Assembly: GCA_964489015.1 (NCBI GenBank)
Contig: CAZAXD010000006.1
Span: forward strand, 15,574-79,573
Length of the DNA: 64,000 nucleotides
Direction of reading: 5' to 3'
Source of the DNA: an uncultured Sphingobacterium sp.
Lineage (GTDB): Bacteria > Bacteroidota > Bacteroidia > SpSt-205
The notes under the pieces were generated by a model that searched no databases, was not told the DNA's origin, and worked only from the letters and a program-made list of their open reading frames with translations. Below are positions 16,952 to 26,997 of this stretch, one piece after another. Each line of letters opens with the position of its first letter. The stretch's first letter is position 1. The position numbers and the translations under genes were made by a program.

Positions 16952-18307
16952 TTAGTTAGCAAGCCCCAAATCGGCCGGCTTGAGTCCAGCTAGGGTACCA
17001 GAGCTCATGAGCACGACCACCAGCGGCCCCCGCGCAAGCCGCTTTTTGAGCGCAGAAATCAGCGTTTCCCGATCTGTAAACCAGAGAGCCCGCTTGAGCC
17101 GAAGCGCAGCCTGAAGCGAAGCAAGTGAATCTAGCCCCTTGCTTTGAGCGACTAAAGGCTCCACGTAAAACCATCGCTCGTGTGCTTTTCGGAGCGCAGC
17201 CCGGTACTGCCTAGCAAACGCAGGCATGAGACTGCTATAGGTATGCAGTTCCAGAACGCTTAGGATGGTGTAGGAAGGAAACGTTTCTTGAACGGCCTGG
17301 AGCGTAGCGGTGACTTTGCTAGGCGCATGTGCGAAATCCCGCACCACGACGAGCTGTGGGCTGCGATGCCACACCACCTGCCGACCAGCTGGCAAGCGGA
17401 ATGTACTTAGGATTTCTGCAAAGGCCTTATCCTCTACCCATATTTGCTGGAGAAGCTTCCACACCGCAGAGACATTGAGAAGGTTATAGCGTCCCCAGAA
17501 GTGAAGAGGCGCCACTCGTCGCCCAACCCGTACGTACCAAACGCCCTCCCGAATAAAGTACGGCAACGGCCCATAAGGCTGAATGTGATGATGACCGGGT
17601 CTAAGCTGCTTTTCCACAAGCGAGCGCAAACGAGGATCTAACTGATTATACACACACAGGCCGCCCTTAGGCAGCTGCGCGAGGATAAACGCAAAAGCCG
17701 CTTCATAACTCTCGGGAGTCGGATACGCATTGGCATGATCCCACGCGATCCCCGTGCAGATGAGCCAATGCGGACGATAGACAGCGGCCTTGGGCTGCAG
17801 GTTATAAGCGGAGGCGGGGTATTCATCTCCTTCTAAGATGATCGTCGGGGCCTCTGAGAGGGAAAGCGTGAGCTCGGTATCTGGGGGAGGCGCCCCCGCT
17901 AGCCAGTCTGTAGGCAGACCTAACTGCCGAAAAGCATAAGTCAGAAGGGCTGTAGTGGTGGTTTTGCCATGGCTCCCCACGACGCTAATGCGATGTTTCT
18001 GGGCTGCAAACTGACTAATGAACGTGGGCATATCCACGATAGGCCTTCCCAAGGCTTTGGCCTGCACAAGCTCGGGGTTGTCAGCCGCCGCATGCTTGCC
18101 TACGATCACAAGGTCGATAGCGGGGGTAATGTGATCGGGATCCCACCCTATACGAGCTGGCAAAAGCCCCTCAGCCGCCAAGCAGCTACGGGCCGGGTCT
18201 TCTAAGCGATCATCAGACCCCGTTACCTGATACCCCTGACGCCTTAGCTGAATAGCCAAAGCATGCATGACACTGCCGCCAATACCGATCACATGCACCC
18301 GTTGCAC
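16952..18307 (-). CDS. mpl: UDP-N-acetylmuramate:L-alanyl-gamma-D-glutamyl-meso-DAP ligase (Mur ligase family)
   Basis: 451 aa; VHVIGIGGSVMHALA...GYQVTGSD N-terminus, GSHGKTTTT P-loop, Mur ligase middle and C domains. Not in a dcw context, so Mpl is more likely than MurC. GTG start with a -7 box 4 nt upstream. Confidence 0.7.
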   Translation of the reverse strand: MQRVHVIGIGGSVMHALAIQLRRQGYQVTGSDDRLEDPARSCLAAEGLLPARIGWDPDHITPAIDLVIVGKHAAADNPELVQAKALGRPIVDMPTFISQFAAQKHRISVVGSHGKTTTTALLTYAFRQLGLPTDWLAGAPPPDTELTLSLSEAPTIILEGDEYPASAYNLQPKAAVYRPHWLICTGIAWDHANAYPTPESYEAAFAFILAQLPKGGLCVYNQLDPRLRSLVEKQLRPGHHHIQPYGPLPYFIREGVWYVRVGRRVAPLHFWGRYNLLNVSAVWKLLQQIWVEDKAFAEILSTFRLPAGRQVVWHRSPQLVVVRDFAHAPSKVTATLQAVQETFPSYTILSVLELHTYSSLMPAFARQYRAALRKAHERWFYVEPLVAQSKGLDSLASLQAALRLKRALWFTDRETLISALKKRLARGPLVVVLMSSGTLAGLKPADLGLAN

Positions 18308-18311
18308 CGCC

Positions 18312-18319
18312 CAAAGTTA
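18312..18319 (-). promoter_or_regulatory. -7 box (taactttg) for mpl
   Basis: Exact motif 4 nt upstream of the GTG at 18307. Confidence 0.6.
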
Positions 18320-18349
18320 GTACCTTCGAGGAGCCAAGCGGCTTCGCAT

Positions 18350-19249
18350 ATGCGGATTCTAATCACGGGCATTCGGGGACTAGTGGGTCACCATACGTGG
18401 TCGGTTTTGCAGGCTCAGCAGACAGGCCATCTGCTGGGGACTGGCCTCCGCGCAATCTCGGACACGGCCCCTTATCCTTACTATTCAGCCGACCTACGTT
18501 CGGCAGAGGCTGTCGACGCCCTGATTCGCTGGGCCCGACCCGACGTTGTGCTACACCTAGCAGCGATGACCCTCGTAGATGCCTGTCAAGAAAATCCCAC
18601 CCTCTGCTGGGAACACAATGTCCAGGCCGTCCGCAATCTACTAGCTAGCCTAACGGATCGAAACCCTAGAGCGCATTTTATTTTCGTATCGACGGACTTT
18701 GTCTATGACGGCTTTATAGCGGAAGGGTGTCTCTATCAGGAAACTGACCCAGTCGCTCCGATCTCTGTGTACGGTGCCAGTAAACTCGCCGCTGAATGGC
18801 TCGTACGTGGCTACAGTGGCCCCTGGGCCATTGCACGCACATCGCTTATTTATGGGGAGGCGCCTTACCTGACGAGAGACAACATCTACCTACGCATTCG
18901 GAGCCAGCTAGCGAGCGGACGTGACCTAAGCCTTTTCATTGATCAGATTCGTACCCCAACGTGGGCTTATGATTTAGCCCAGGGCCTGTATCTAATCCTA
19001 AAGCATGGGGCTGAAGGCGTTTTTCACCTAGCCGGTCCCTCGATAGAAACACCGTTCTCCTTTGGACAAAAAATTGCCCAAGCCTATAACTGGTCCTCAG
19101 AGACCATACGGCCGCTAACGGGCGAAGAGTTTCGACAGATAGCGCCTCGCCCCCTACGAAGCCCCCTCTCTATCGAAAAAGCTCAACGACTTCTAGGCTA
19201 TAGCCCGCACGACACCCACGCGGCTCTACAGAAACTGCGCCAAAACTGA
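18350..19249 (+). CDS. RmlD-like NAD(P)-dependent sugar reductase / epimerase (SDR)
   Basis: MRILITGIRGLVGHH... Rossmann start and YGASK catalytic motif. The start at 18350 is chosen by homology, since the upstream ORF extension overlaps mpl. The stop overlaps the helicase start (TGATG). Confidence 0.55.
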   Translation: MRILITGIRGLVGHHTWSVLQAQQTGHLLGTGLRAISDTAPYPYYSADLRSAEAVDALIRWARPDVVLHLAAMTLVDACQENPTLCWEHNVQAVRNLLASLTDRNPRAHFIFVSTDFVYDGFIAEGCLYQETDPVAPISVYGASKLAAEWLVRGYSGPWAIARTSLIYGEAPYLTRDNIYLRIRSQLASGRDLSLFIDQIRTPTWAYDLAQGLYLILKHGAEGVFHLAGPSIETPFSFGQKIAQAYNWSSETIRPLTGEEFRQIAPRPLRSPLSIEKAQRLLGYSPHDTHAALQKLRQN

Positions 19250-21378
19250 TGCCCACCTACGCCGGGTTGCATACGTACATCGCCTCCGCTGGTTCGGGAA
19301 AAACTCAGACCCTTGCCCAAGCTGTCGTAGATTCCGTCCTGCGCGAGCCGCATAAGGGGGTCTTAGCGGTCACTTTCACCGTCAAGGCAGCGGGGGAGCT
19401 TCGCCAGCGCATCCTACGGCTCATAAAAGAACAAAGTCCTGGGCTTCTGAAGCCCCTTATTTTGGGCCAGCTGTTACTAGAGACCAGTACCCTGGATAGT
19501 CTGATTCGGGGCCTTTTTCTCCATTTGGCTCCGTTTCTCATGCTGCCGGCTGAGGAACGCCTCATCGTGGAGGAGCCGGACTGGCTCCGCTTCGAAACGG
19601 AAATCCTGACCCTGCTCTGGCATGAGGTACTAGCTAATCGTTCGCTGCGTCGTGATCTAGTAAGTCGCCTCCACGGGGATCAGTACGAACACCTGCCTAA
19701 TTACAAGCGGATTTTTCTCCAGCAAGTCCGGGAAGTTATTGCACAAGGACCCATCCGTACTTCGATCGAGAAAGCCCTAGCACACCCTTCGGCCTTAGAG
19801 GACCCCTTCGTGACTCGCGCCCAGCTAGACTTTACCAAAGCGACTCAGGAACTCATAACCCCAGCCCTCCTAACCCTTATCGAAGATTTGGTCATAGCCT
19901 ACCGTCAGCGGCATCAAACGCTCTTTCTGAGTGACATTCAGTACATCATGGAGTTAGCTGCGCAGAATCTACCGCTCCATGTGGCTTACCCCTATCGCCA
20001 CTATGGTCATATTTTGGTAGACGAGGCGCAGGACACGAGCCCGACCCAGTGGCGCATCCTTACCCCGCTCATGAAAGAGATTTTAGAAGGCCAAGGGCGG
20101 GTAACGCTCTTAGGCGATCCTAAGCAGGCTATTTACGCTTGGCGAGAAGCAGACCCTACCCATCTGCTCACATGGGCCCAGTTAGGCCTTGTACACCCGC
20201 TCAGCATCAACTACCGAAACCATCGCCGCCTGGTAGCGTTTAACAATGGGCTTTATGCCCGCTTGCAGGCTGCCTTTGCTCGGTGCCTCTCGCTCAAGAG
20301 CCGAGCCAGCAAAGCCGATAAACAGCGGTATGCGCGCCAGCGCGCTGCTTTGGCGCATATTAGTGAGATTTATAAGGGCCATCGCCAGAAACCCGCTCGT
20401 CGCCATCGACCAGCTAAGCGCGGCAGGCGCCCTCTCATTCGCCTAAGAGGCTACACGCAAGAGGTGTATTTAGCGCAAAGTCTGCAAAGAGCTCTCAAGC
20501 TGCTACAACGGCGTGGTGTGCCCCCCAAAGAGACAGCTTTCTTAGTGCGCCGTAACGAAGACATGCCATGGCTAAACCGCCTCCTGCCAGGCTATAATCT
20601 CCAACTCACTGCTAAAAAGCTCGGCGAAGTGCCTTCCATCCAGGCGCTATTCCGCTTCCTGAGTGCGGGCCAATCGGATCAAGCAGCGTATATGTACCTA
20701 AGAAGTACTGGGCTCCCTTTGGACACCTGGAAGCAAGCCTTAGCCCAAGCCGAAACCCCGATACAATATTGGGAACATTTTCGCCTGTTAGCGGAGGCTA
20801 TTCTTCAGGTCCAACGCGGGGAAAAGCTTTTTTGGGAAACCCTTCTTGATCGGTTGTGGAGCTTTTGGGGTGAAACAGGTGTGATTTCGATTTCTCAAAC
20901 TATAGCCTGGTGGGAAACGTACGGCCAAAAAGTAAGCATCGAAGTTCCTATTCTAAACGATACGTACCCTGTACTCACGATTCATAAAGCCAAAGGCCTT
21001 GCTTGGGAAGCTGTGATTTTACCCAAGGTAGACTGGGCACTCTTTGAGTATACCAGCCGGAAACGCCGATGGTACCCTGTCGATAATATAGAAGCCTATT
21101 TAGCCGATTATTTGCGCATACTTTTGGATATAAGGCCAGACGTACGGTGTACGCTTGAGCTCCCTTTCAAGGTCGCAAGTTCTGATGACCGCTTAGCCTC
21201 TCTGTATGAAATGGATTACCAGGCCGCTGTGCTGGAAAATCTCAATCTCCACTATGTGGCAACGACTCGACCCCGTAGCGTGCTGCTGATATATTATCCT
21301 ATTCCCAAAAAGCCCAAGGAGACCCTCCCCGAATCCTGGGAGGAAGCCTGGCACTTAATGCGAGAAACCTATGTCTAA
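19249..21378 (+). CDS. UvrD/PcrA-family SF1 DNA helicase
   Basis: Motif I ASAGSGKT, motif Ia TFTVKAAGEL, motif II VDEAQDTSPTQW, motif III GDPKQAIYAWR, and motif VI LHYVATTRPR. Confidence 0.8.
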   Translation: MPTYAGLHTYIASAGSGKTQTLAQAVVDSVLREPHKGVLAVTFTVKAAGELRQRILRLIKEQSPGLLKPLILGQLLLETSTLDSLIRGLFLHLAPFLMLPAEERLIVEEPDWLRFETEILTLLWHEVLANRSLRRDLVSRLHGDQYEHLPNYKRIFLQQVREVIAQGPIRTSIEKALAHPSALEDPFVTRAQLDFTKATQELITPALLTLIEDLVIAYRQRHQTLFLSDIQYIMELAAQNLPLHVAYPYRHYGHILVDEAQDTSPTQWRILTPLMKEILEGQGRVTLLGDPKQAIYAWREADPTHLLTWAQLGLVHPLSINYRNHRRLVAFNNGLYARLQAAFARCLSLKSRASKADKQRYARQRAALAHISEIYKGHRQKPARRHRPAKRGRRPLIRLRGYTQEVYLAQSLQRALKLLQRRGVPPKETAFLVRRNEDMPWLNRLLPGYNLQLTAKKLGEVPSIQALFRFLSAGQSDQAAYMYLRSTGLPLDTWKQALAQAETPIQYWEHFRLLAEAILQVQRGEKLFWETLLDRLWSFWGETGVISISQTIAWWETYGQKVSIEVPILNDTYPVLTIHKAKGLAWEAVILPKVDWALFEYTSRKRRWYPVDNIEAYLADYLRILLDIRPDVRCTLELPFKVASSDDRLASLYEMDYQAAVLENLNLHYVATTRPRSVLLIYYPIPKKPKETLPESWEEAWHLMRETYV

Positions 21379-23323
21379 AGCGAATCCGGCTCTACCTCGC
21401 GGTTGGCGCGGGGTGCTACTCGCCCTAGGTATCGTATTTGGTGATATAGGTACTTCCCCTTTATACGTACTAGATGCACTCTGTCGGGGCGAAGTTATCT
21501 CCGAGGAAGTGGTCATGGGGGGGGTATCGCTGATTTTTTGGGTGATGACCTTGCTAGTCACGGTGAAATATGTGGTCTTTGTACTTAGGGCAGACAATCA
21601 TGGCGAAGGGGGCATATTTGCCTTGTATGCGCTTCTAAGGGGGGTCGCACCGGGAGTCATGCCGCTGGTGATCTTGGCAGCGGCGATGAGTTTTGCTGAC
21701 AGTATCTTCACCCCAGCCATCTCGGTCACGTCGGCGGTGGAGGGGTTTCAGCTACACATGCAGAGTATTGCTGTGGTGCCCATCGTGCTTATCATTATAA
21801 CTGGGCTCTTTTTTATTCAACAATTTGGTACAGAGTGGGTGGGGCGCTTCTTTGGACCGGTCACGCTAATATGGTTTGTCTTTATTGCGAGCATGGGGGC
21901 CTTTCACATCTGGGAAAATCCCCTCATCCTACAGGCCCTGAACCCGTGGTATGCTTGGCACTTCTTAGCAGAACATCCGGGCGGCCTGTTGTTATTGGGA
22001 GCGGTATTTCTCACCGCCACGGGTGTAGAAGCGCTGTATGCAGACCTGGGACACGTAGGGCGGAGCTCGATTCGACGGGCGTGGGCCCTTGTCAAGCCGG
22101 CTCTGCTTTTATCGTATTTCGGGCAAGGGGCATGGCTCCTGACCTACAAGCGCGGCCTTCAGCTAGGAGCCTTTGAGAAGCCTTTTTACGCTATGCTACC
22201 AGAAGGCTGGCTCTTAGGCGGGGTAGCTATCGCTACGCTGGCGACCATTATCGCTAGCCAGGCCACGATTAGCGGCGCTTATACCATCTTTAGTGAGGCC
22301 ATGCGACTAGGCTTCTGGCCCCGCATGCGCATTTTATACCCGGCCATTACCCGCGGCCAGATGTATGTTCCTTTCATTAACTGGAGTCTCTGGAGCATCA
22401 TCGTGATTGTAGTGCTGACCATGCAGCGCTCCAGTGCCATGGAAGCCGCCTATGGCACAGCCATCAATATCGTGATGCTCACAACAACGGTGCTATTCTC
22501 CACCCTGCTTTTATACCGATACCGTGCCAAAATGGCTAGCCAACTGCCGTTTTTCATATTCGTCTTTGGGCCCATAGAGCTACTCTTTCTATATGCGAAT
22601 CTGCATAAGGTATCAGAGGGGGGCTGGGTAGCCCTTTTGGTAGGCGGGCTGGTAATCGTGGTCATGGGGATATGGACACTAGGCGAACGCATCAAGCGGC
22701 GCTTTTCTGATTTAGTAGACATCAACCCGTACATAGCGCGTATCCGAGCTCTTCGGTCCGACCCCACCGTACCCTATTACGCGGCTCATCTGGCCTGCTT
22801 GACCATAAGCCCAGCTCCGCAGAAGCTCGAGCACCGCTTGCTGTACGCCCTTCTGCAGCGCCAGCCCAAACGGGCCCATACCTACTGGTTCTTACACGTT
22901 CATGTCACAGACAGTCCTTTCGAAGCGACCTATACCCTACACACCTACGAGAAGGGCTACCTGTACCGAGTAGACTTTTACATCGGCTATAAGCTCCAAC
23001 CGCCCCTCAGTTTGCTTTTGCGCCAGGTTATCGAGACTCTGACGCAAAAAGGGGAACTAGATATTTTGAGTCCTTATCCGAGCCTGCGCCAGTTTGGCCA
23101 GCCAGGCGATTTTCGCTTTCTCATGGTTCGTCGCTTGTTTAACTTTGACCCGCGATTTTCACCTTCGACACGATTCTTTTTACAGCTATATAACTTCTTT
23201 GACCGCGTATCGCTTTCGGCAGAAGCGGTTTATGGGCTAGAACTTGCCAGTGTAGCCCGAGAATATATTCCGCTTACGACTCCTACCATTCCCCCAGAGC
23301 TGCGCTTAAGATTACGAGACTGA
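21371..23323 (+). CDS. kup: KUP/HAK/KT potassium transporter
   Basis: 650 aa; GDIGTSPLY... N-terminal motif and 12-TM core plus the cytoplasmic C-domain. The start overlaps the helicase end by 8 nt. Confidence 0.9.
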   Translation: MSKANPALPRGWRGVLLALGIVFGDIGTSPLYVLDALCRGEVISEEVVMGGVSLIFWVMTLLVTVKYVVFVLRADNHGEGGIFALYALLRGVAPGVMPLVILAAAMSFADSIFTPAISVTSAVEGFQLHMQSIAVVPIVLIIITGLFFIQQFGTEWVGRFFGPVTLIWFVFIASMGAFHIWENPLILQALNPWYAWHFLAEHPGGLLLLGAVFLTATGVEALYADLGHVGRSSIRRAWALVKPALLLSYFGQGAWLLTYKRGLQLGAFEKPFYAMLPEGWLLGGVAIATLATIIASQATISGAYTIFSEAMRLGFWPRMRILYPAITRGQMYVPFINWSLWSIIVIVVLTMQRSSAMEAAYGTAINIVMLTTTVLFSTLLLYRYRAKMASQLPFFIFVFGPIELLFLYANLHKVSEGGWVALLVGGLVIVVMGIWTLGERIKRRFSDLVDINPYIARIRALRSDPTVPYYAAHLACLTISPAPQKLEHRLLYALLQRQPKRAHTYWFLHVHVTDSPFEATYTLHTYEKGYLYRVDFYIGYKLQPPLSLLLRQVIETLTQKGELDILSPYPSLRQFGQPGDFRFLMVRRLFNFDPRFSPSTRFFLQLYNFFDRVSLSAEAVYGLELASVAREYIPLTTPTIPPELRLRLRD

Positions 23324-23328
23324 TTTGG

Positions 23329-23336
23329 TATCTTTG
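23329..23336 (+). promoter_or_regulatory. -7 box (tatctttg) for OmpA-family gene
   Basis: Exact motif 5 nt upstream of the ATG at 23342. Confidence 0.6.
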
Positions 23337-23341
23337 CCTAA

Positions 23342-25525
23342 ATGTCTTTGATTAGATGGGCCTCTTTTTGCATTTTATGGGGGATAAGTTTGGGACAGCC
23401 GCGCCTACGGCTATTAGCGGGGACATACCTTAGGCCGGTGGGGGCGGACTATGCCCCTCCCCCGCCTATTGGCTTTCCGTACCTAATGGAATCCCGTCTA
23501 TATCAGGACCGGCGCTTGCTTCGGCTCATCGCGCAGGCAGAAGCCGAAGAGGACCTGCGTCGTTTAGATAGCCTACTAGGGCACTATGTGACACACTTTC
23601 ACATTACAAACTTTCAAGATACGCTTTCACTCAACCTACTCTGGCGCTGGGCTCAGGTCAAAGAGGCTTTAGGGGATACGGCTATTAGCGCTTATTTATA
23701 TGGGCTATGCATCAAAAATATGCATCAAGCCCCTTCCGAGATTCGCCTAGCCTATCGACGCTTGCAGGAGCGGTGGCGCAGTGAGTGGGTGCCCCTGGAA
23801 TATTACAAGAAAATCGCGCGCCTCCGTCAAAAAGTAGATACGCTTGCGCCACCCAAAGGCGTACTGCTAAGCTTAGGACCGCATATCAACTCCCCGCATC
23901 CCGATTATGCGCCCTACATGCATCCCTCTGGGCAAGTTTTGCTGTTTACCTCCCGGCGGGAAGCGGTCTTGACTGCTATAGACCCCGACCAGCTCCAAAA
24001 CGAGGAGCTATACTACGTCCAGCGCGACTTTGTACGGGGGGGGTTTCGTCCGGCCGAGCGTTTCCGGGACGTCATCAATAGCCCTTACAACGAAGGCTCC
24101 GCCTGTCTCAACGAGGATGGGACCCTACTCATCTTTGCGCGCTGTGATGCGCCAGACGGGTTTGGCTCTTGTGACCTCTATGTCTCGCAGTACGAAGAGG
24201 GACGTTGGACTACTCCTAAAAACCTCGGCCCTCTCCTCAATAGCCCCGGCTGGGATTCCCATCCCTTTTTAGCCCCGGGGGATACCCTGCTGTTTTTTGC
24301 TTCCAATCGAGCGGGCGGCTTTGGTCAATCAGATATTTACGTCTCACGCCGTCGACCCGATGGTAGCTGGGATACGCCTTCCAATTTAGGACCCGCCATT
24401 AACACCGCCGGGGACGAGGTGACACCTTATTTTTATGCCACGCACCAAACTTTATACTTCAGTTCGACGGGGCAGCCGTTCACTTATGGCGGCTATGACA
24501 TTTACAAGAGCCGATGGGCCGATACGTACTGGGAAGAGCCTCGCAATTTAGGGCCGCTTGTCAATACCGATGGAGACGAATACTACTTCACCATCGATGG
24601 CCGCGGTAACAAGATCTACTACGCCAGAGCTTCCCGGAAGGACCTCCGCAATTTCGACCTGTACTCCTTCGAACTGCCCATGGAAGCGCGTCCGGATGCA
24701 TACACCCGACTCAGCGGCTATCTCATAGACTCCGCCTCGGGCAGACCGCTTACCGGTATCGTTATCGCCATCGACCTCACCGAAGGCACCGAGATCACCC
24801 CCGTGATCGCCAACCGATTTGGCTACTTTGAGTTTCAGCTCATCCAGAATCGCCAATACCAGCTCATGATCTTGGATACGCACCTCATCCGAATTCCGGA
24901 CACCCTCTTAGTCTTAGATGACTCGACCTATAGTCTCTTTTTGAGCACAGCCGAGCTTCAACGGCCCTACGTATTCGAGAGTCTGCAATTCCCAACCAAT
25001 AGCGCGGAGATCACCACCGAAGACTACCTGCGTTTAGATTACATAGCTGGCTTTTTACAGAAATATCCCTTTGTACGGCTTCGGATTGAAGGCCACACCG
25101 ATGCTACAGGCGATCCTAACCATAATCAGAAGCTTTCGCAGCAGCGCGCAGAAAACATTCGGCGGTACCTTCTCAGTGTAACGGGGCTTCCGCCTGACCA
25201 GATCATAGCCGTTGGGTATGGCAGTAGCCATCCGCTTGTGCCTAATACTACAGAGGCTAACCGCGCCCGCAACCGGCGAGTGGAGTTTGTCCTGGATATC
25301 CCCCCGGAAAAGCTTCTGTTGATGCGTTTGGATTATCTCTATGGCGAGGATTGGGATATAGATCTGCCAACACCCGCTGACGAAGGGTCAGCAGCAGACT
25401 TTCCCTTGGACCCAGAATTCCAGCTTCCGGAGTTAGAAATGCCAGAGCTCGAGACAGAATTTGAACGGCCGATCACCCAGGGCGAATACGACCCCCCCCT
25501 GATAGAAGACCTAGAAGACGACTAA
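23342..25525 (+). CDS. OmpA-family protein with TolB-like beta-propeller repeats and acidic C-terminal tail
   Basis: Signal peptide; PD40/WD40-like repeats (...SPGWDSHPFLAPGDTLLFFASNR..., ...NTAGDEVTPYF...); OmpA_C motif (IEGHTDATGD...NQKLSQQRAE...NRRVEF). -7 box 5 nt upstream. Confidence 0.8.
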   Translation: MSLIRWASFCILWGISLGQPRLRLLAGTYLRPVGADYAPPPPIGFPYLMESRLYQDRRLLRLIAQAEAEEDLRRLDSLLGHYVTHFHITNFQDTLSLNLLWRWAQVKEALGDTAISAYLYGLCIKNMHQAPSEIRLAYRRLQERWRSEWVPLEYYKKIARLRQKVDTLAPPKGVLLSLGPHINSPHPDYAPYMHPSGQVLLFTSRREAVLTAIDPDQLQNEELYYVQRDFVRGGFRPAERFRDVINSPYNEGSACLNEDGTLLIFARCDAPDGFGSCDLYVSQYEEGRWTTPKNLGPLLNSPGWDSHPFLAPGDTLLFFASNRAGGFGQSDIYVSRRRPDGSWDTPSNLGPAINTAGDEVTPYFYATHQTLYFSSTGQPFTYGGYDIYKSRWADTYWEEPRNLGPLVNTDGDEYYFTIDGRGNKIYYARASRKDLRNFDLYSFELPMEARPDAYTRLSGYLIDSASGRPLTGIVIAIDLTEGTEITPVIANRFGYFEFQLIQNRQYQLMILDTHLIRIPDTLLVLDDSTYSLFLSTAELQRPYVFESLQFPTNSAEITTEDYLRLDYIAGFLQKYPFVRLRIEGHTDATGDPNHNQKLSQQRAENIRRYLLSVTGLPPDQIIAVGYGSSHPLVPNTTEANRARNRRVEFVLDIPPEKLLLMRLDYLYGEDWDIDLPTPADEGSAADFPLDPEFQLPELEMPELETEFERPITQGEYDPPLIEDLEDD

Positions 25526-26979
25526 GCGAGGACCTTGAAGGCCCGTTCCTGCGCAGTAAACTGCCCCAGAGTCTGCGCCAAGGCATCAAAAGTGGGCTCC
25601 AGGTGTGCTACCGCTTCTTCCTCGGAAGCTTGGGCTAGGCCTTGCAATCGGGCCAGCAGACCGGGACTCTTTTCCTCAAGGGGCCATAGCGCTGCCAGCT
25701 TATCGACAAGCCGCGCTTTTCGGAGCACCTCCCAACCATCTAATAAATGGCGATGCCGGGTCCCCTCCCAAATATCCGTTATGAGAAGTTCCCGCAAAAA
25801 GCGCTCCGGTGCAAACTCGGCTAGGATTCCGAGGCCCCCCCAGATTTCGATATTCCAGCGCGCGGCTTCTATGGCTATTTTAGAGGTCCAGTATTTTGCT
25901 AAGTGAGAAATCAGTCGAAAGATAGCATAGCGCTCTGAATAGGGTGGTCGTTCGAGCCAGACTGTTTCTAGCCACTGCTCCGCTAGCCACGCCAGCGCCC
26001 CCGCATGACATAAACGCTGATAGTGATAGGCGAGTTCACGGACAAATAAGGGCTGTTCACTTAGACGCTTACCAAAGAGGACCCGACTGCTTGCAAATTT
26101 ATAGGCCTTTCGCAAGGCATGGAGGGCATGCGCGACCACACCGATCGCGTTAGAGACCCGCGAAAAGTTAAGCACCTCTAAGATGTAATAAATTCCCTGT
26201 GCGGCTTCGCCGACGAGGTACGCTTCAGCTTGGCGCAGCTCTACCTCGCCGGTCGGCACGCTACGAGTGCCGATTTTGTCTTTTAGGCGGCGAATGAGAT
26301 AATTCCGGCCGCCCGTGCGCCGCTCCCTCGGTATCACAAAAAGGGCTAGTCCTCGTACGCCAGCGGGAGCGCCTTCTGGGCGGGCGGCCACGACCGCCAA
26401 GTCAGCCCCTACATTGCTAGCGAAGTATTTCTCGCCCTCTAGATACCACTGCCCCTGCACTTGACACGCACGCGTATGGACATGGGCCCCCAGGTCCGAT
26501 CCGCCTCCAACCTCAGTCATCCAGGTAGCCCCTTGCCAGAAAGGCGGCTCGGTACGTCCAAGCCCCCCTAAAAAGCCCTCCCGCTGCTCCCCCTGAAAGT
26601 ACTTGTACAAAGGTACCCAGGTCGACAACGTCACGGTGTACGGGCAGTATAACCCCGGATCATAGTAGCTCGCCACAAACCCCAGTTGATAAGCCAACCG
26701 CAAATCATGACGCAGCGCTACCTCCGAGACGATACCCGCGGCATAACCAGCTGACAGGAGGTAATAGTAAGAAGCCGGATACAAAATCTCATCAACGCGC
26801 TCCCCACGTTCATTAAACTGCCGGAGGTGAGGCGTCCCCAGCCGATCAATATGGGTAGAAATGGCTAAACCCTCTGTTTCCCACCAGGCCTGGTAGGCCA
26901 GGAGCCGTTCAGACAGCGGCATCCCCAGCTCTTCCGCCAGAAAAGCTGCCGGCCCCCCTAGTAATACATCTACCCGCAT
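25522..26979 (-). CDS. acyl-CoA dehydrogenase family protein
   Basis: 485 aa; ACAD N-terminal, middle and C-terminal domain pattern (...FASNVGADLAVV..., ...IWEGT...). -7 box 4 nt upstream. Confidence 0.75.
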   Translation of the reverse strand: MRVDVLLGGPAAFLAEELGMPLSERLLAYQAWWETEGLAISTHIDRLGTPHLRQFNERGERVDEILYPASYYYLLSAGYAAGIVSEVALRHDLRLAYQLGFVASYYDPGLYCPYTVTLSTWVPLYKYFQGEQREGFLGGLGRTEPPFWQGATWMTEVGGGSDLGAHVHTRACQVQGQWYLEGEKYFASNVGADLAVVAARPEGAPAGVRGLALFVIPRERRTGGRNYLIRRLKDKIGTRSVPTGEVELRQAEAYLVGEAAQGIYYILEVLNFSRVSNAIGVVAHALHALRKAYKFASSRVLFGKRLSEQPLFVRELAYHYQRLCHAGALAWLAEQWLETVWLERPPYSERYAIFRLISHLAKYWTSKIAIEAARWNIEIWGGLGILAEFAPERFLRELLITDIWEGTRHRHLLDGWEVLRKARLVDKLAALWPLEEKSPGLLARLQGLAQASEEEAVAHLEPTFDALAQTLGQFTAQERAFKVLA

Positions 26980-26983
26980 GAAT

Positions 26984-26991
26984 CAAATTTA
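26984..26991 (-). promoter_or_regulatory. -7 box (taaatttg) for acyl-CoA dehydrogenase gene
   Basis: Exact motif 4 nt upstream of the ATG at 26979. Lies just before the LTD gene stop. Confidence 0.6.
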
Positions 26992-26997
26992 GCAAAT

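Noticed and set aside
19249-21378. UvrD-like helicase as part of a defence system
   Set aside because: No adjacent nuclease, methyltransferase or other defence partner. It carries all the housekeeping SF1A motifs and sits in a housekeeping context coupled to kup.
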